Source of the DNA: Oculina patagonica
Lineage: Eukaryota
Assembly: GCF_052425735.1 (NCBI RefSeq)
Contig: NC_135759.1
Span: 10,230,001 to 10,294,000, forward strand
Direction: 5' to 3'
Length of the DNA stretch: 64,000 nt
Part shown: positions 60,518 to 64,000 of the stretch, piece by piece
Position numbering within the stretch: position 1 is the stretch's first letter
How the letters are laid out: each line of letters opens with the position of its first letter
The notes under the pieces: model-generated
Database searches by the model: none
What the model was told of the DNA's origin: nothing
The model's input: only the letters and a program-made list of their open reading frames with translations
Translations under genes and position numbers: made by a program

Positions 60518-63500
60518 TGATGGCAGATGACTAAAAGAAGAAAATTGTATTCTCAGGGACTTCAGTTATGGGGGAAATTTTAAACTGTTCTGTTTCTCAA
60601 GAGCAAACCCAAATGTTCTGAGCAGCATGAACAAGAAAAAGGCAAAAAGAACAATGGATGGCGATGAAAGTGGCTAGCCTCTAAACTAATTAAGACATAT
60701 AAAAACAAAAATTTTTACAAAAGATGAAAACGCTTAACACAACAGCTTTGTTTCGTATCACGTAAAACCGCAGGTCAATCAAATCACACGTGTATAAATA
60801 AAAAGACAACTTGGAAGCGACCGAAACGTAAGGCACATGCCACTCCCTTAAAACCGTGTTCTCAATTACGACGCAGAAAAAACAATAAACGTTTCAGATT
60901 ATGAACTTGTGTTTGTGGGAAACAAAGGTTGTATAGTATAAACTAATAATCGCATGAGGATCAATCCAAACTACCATAGTGCAAAATGCCTTTGTTAAAA
61001 AAAGCATTGTTGCAATGGATATGAAAACGGCTTAGAACTATCGGTTATGTCACTTTTTAGTTTGTGATAATTGCAAAGTGCACATTTGAACGCAAGAAAA
61101 CTACCATGTGGCAAGCATTTATTTATTTTGTTCGTCTAGTGGGAAGTTCATCTTTCCAAACTCTACAAAGTCAAGACACTTGTGCAGAAATTTCCCTTGA
61201 AGTGGTTCATTCCACCTCTGCTGTATTTCCATTTCACATGTTCAAATTTCCTGGCTGTGCTAAAAACACATTTCTCTAATCACATCTTAAGTGAAATATG
61301 GCTTGCGCTATGAAAACAAATGTTACTTTCTCGAATATACAGTAATTACTATAACATTCCAAAAAAAATATGGGGTCATAGTACCTATGTTACTGAGTAA
61401 ATAACCCACTCAACTTTAAAAGGGATTACAGCTTGCAAACAAGCTACCATCTTGGGAAGATATAAACTGAAAAGGGTTAGGCTAGGCTTATTACATAAGG
61501 CGTAAAAAAACAGACATTTGTGGTTTACAGGAAGTTAAACGCCCACGGCCTGTAGCTAACTACCATTCGACCGAAGGATGAACCGTTTCTGACTGAAGTT
61601 GTCTTTATTGTAGACACGTTTCTTGTTTTGAGGAAGACGACCGTTCTACAATGTCAATTATTTCCAGCCTTGTATACATGCTTTTATGCCCCTTGTCTCT
61701 TCTAGTCCATCCTAATCATGCCATAAAATGGATACCTCTAAATACTGACACCAATGACTCAATGATTTCCTTTTACGCACGATTTGTCTGGATAGCTGTA
61801 ACAAAAAAGTAGGAAATGCTAAAACATGATGTCCTTTTATATGATCCATTGAATCAAAATTTACTAATAACTCAGTGAAATAATATATTTTACCAATTGA
61901 AAAAAACATTTGTTATAGTGGTGTGCGAAAGACGTTTTTCTCAGAGGTGAAGGGAACAGAGGATATGCCTACGGCTTCAGTTTTAACTGAACAACTCTTA
62001 AAAGAATATCAAAACAACTATAGTTTGTTTGTTTAATTTTTCAGTGCTTCACACCCGCGGTTTCCGTAAGAAGACTTACGGTTTACATGTCATATGAAAC
62101 GGATATATCTCGAGAGACTCTTGTAAATCCATTGCATCATAGTGGGTGGCTTACAGAATATCCGTGATGAATCTTGGTGCATTAGTGGTTTTTGGTCGGT
62201 ATCAAATGTATTCCATGAAGAAAAACGCCAAGATTGTTTCTGTTTATCGCCTTGTCCGCCAAGACAGGGCCAATGCACCAAGAGAGTCTATGACAGTTTA
62301 TGATTTAATATGCTTTAACTGTACGTCTTTCAAGTAGCTAATGGGCTCTTTAAAATACTACATGTACTCTTTGTAAAGTCTGTTTGGTATACATTTATAG
62401 AACCTTTTCGTGATTTGTACGCAAAATTTCGAAACATCCGGCTTTCGAACTATTTTATGGCGAAGTTCTCTGCTGAATGATTGTCCTCTTAGAAATGATT
62501 CAACCTTTGCTCGAGTTGTGGCAAGTCATTATGGGGGCGTTAATTTCCATATCATGCGTTAATCTGCTTAGCTTTAGACTTAGCCCCCATTTTTTTTCGT
62601 CTTATTGCTTTCCGGCTTTAATTTCTGAAATAACAAAGCTGCTATAACTCCATGTTTTAAACTTGCTTTATGTTTTCTCAAGCGAAACACAGTTTGTTTC
62701 GAAAATATCTTGAGTGATACTGCAAATGAGAACAAAACAATTGCATTTATAGCGCAAGCCAATAACGGATTAAATAGATAAAAAAACGTAATGTTGACGC
62801 ACCTAACGATGTTTACAAACGAGAAAGCGACAAGGTTTTCTTGCTCTACTTAGTTCCAAAAAGTTTTTTTTTCCTATTTTATTTTTATTCTCTTCGGGAA
62901 TCTTTTAAAATTGGGTTCATTTGTCCCAAACTTTGATAAGAACGTACTCGACTCACTTTTTAAGTGTTCAACCACTTAATTATTAAATAACCTAAAAATA
63001 ATTCCAATCAACTATTCCTTAGCTTCAAGATGACGTTTTAATTGCATGCTCTCAACAAATTTCTAAATGAATAAATTTAGATAATTGCTCATGACTACAA
63101 AGTATCTTTCATCTGTCAAAGATTCATTAAGCCATTGACAAATTCCCCTAAAAATCTCATACATGCTCTCACGATTCGTGTGGTTGTTAGTAATAATAAT
63201 AATTAATAATAATTAATAATTTGGTAACTAAGTTATGTAGTTACGCCTTGATTCGTAATTTTTGTTCGTTTTTCTTTCGAAAGCTTTATAATTATGCGGT
63301 TATGCGGTGAGTCATTTCGATATGACACACCTTAAACGTGTCGCCGGTGGTTGCGCCGTACTTAGTGTTCATAGGAAATGCCCTTAAACTTAATGAAAAG
63401 ACGTGGGTGTTTTGTCATTCAAGGTAAGCGCGCAACGGTTCGTAAATTGCATCTCTTCCACGAAATTTAGGTACGGACTCGTATGTTTCCGGGCGCGGCG

Positions 63501-64000
63501 TGGGGGAAGTCATTCTACGTTGTATCGGTCTTTGCTTTTAAATTCCTCATCTTACTGCGAAGTTGTTAGCGAACCTTGTGAGTTGAAATTACAGCTTTTG
63601 TTTTTGAAAAGTATAAATTCGTTGATTATAAGTATTTGAGTCCCAGTTTTGCTATCACTTGACTTATTTGTAACTAAAACACTCACTTACTTATTTATTT
63701 GCATACGTATTGAAGGTTTTTACTTGCTTAATTTCTTCAGTGTTGCTTATCAACTCAATCCTTCACTGGTTAAATTGCAAAGTTTCGCCACTCGTGATCT
63801 TACTCAGCATCTTAGTTTTTGTTGCTTATGAAAGCGGTATCATGGCTGTATGGTTAAGTTAGATCAGAAAAAGCTGATGTCAGAACACTTTTTTTCTGCG
63901 TAAATCAAGTTACAACCCTATTAAACTTTGCCCTTTAGTTATTTGACCGGCTCTAGGATAATCTAGTGATTTATTTTTGTTTTAGTTTGCGGGGACGTAT

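Larger units (their letters stand above)
24891..64000 (+). repeat. Tandem array of a ~9-kb non-coding unit: copy 1 24891-40448, copy 2 40449-~47590, partial copy ~47630-49783, copy 3 49784-62811, copy 4 62812-end
   Basis: Marker tttacaa.cgagaaag..acaaggttttctt at 24891, 40449 and 62812; ccaatcaactatt at 25085, ~40640, 49784 and 63004. ~26100-41880 is collinear and highly similar to ~51065-64000 apart from TE insertions. Confidence 0.9.

Overview
Eukaryotic, AT-rich, intron-containing animal DNA. The repeat families and genes point to a stony coral or other anthozoan (inference). The first ~24 kb holds five loci. (1) The last two exons of a small transcobalamin-beta-domain (DUF4430-like) gene, whose 5.8-kb intron is mostly a 5.1-kb palindromic Sola3-type transposon derivative. 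(2) An antisense C-type lectin pseudogene broken by two MITEs. (3) Three intact spliced exons of a histidinol-phosphate aminotransferase (HIS5/HisC); I cannot find its N-terminal exons. (4) A 106-codon signal-peptide, Cys-rich ORF with two in-frame TGA codons, missed by the ORF track. (5) A three-exon, 361-aa secreted five-Kazal-domain protein with a very basic tail. From ~24.9 kb to the end lies a tandem array of a non-coding ~9-kb unit (about 4 copies plus a partial one). The copies carry different DNA-transposon insertions: a Harbinger>Sola3>MITE nest, a Ginger-like MITE, an IS3EU-like element and a palindromic Academ derivative. Two unrelated superfamilies (Sola3 and Academ) both occur as kilobase palindromes built from two transposase 3' ends joined head to head. 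All calls were made by eye; no database searches were run.
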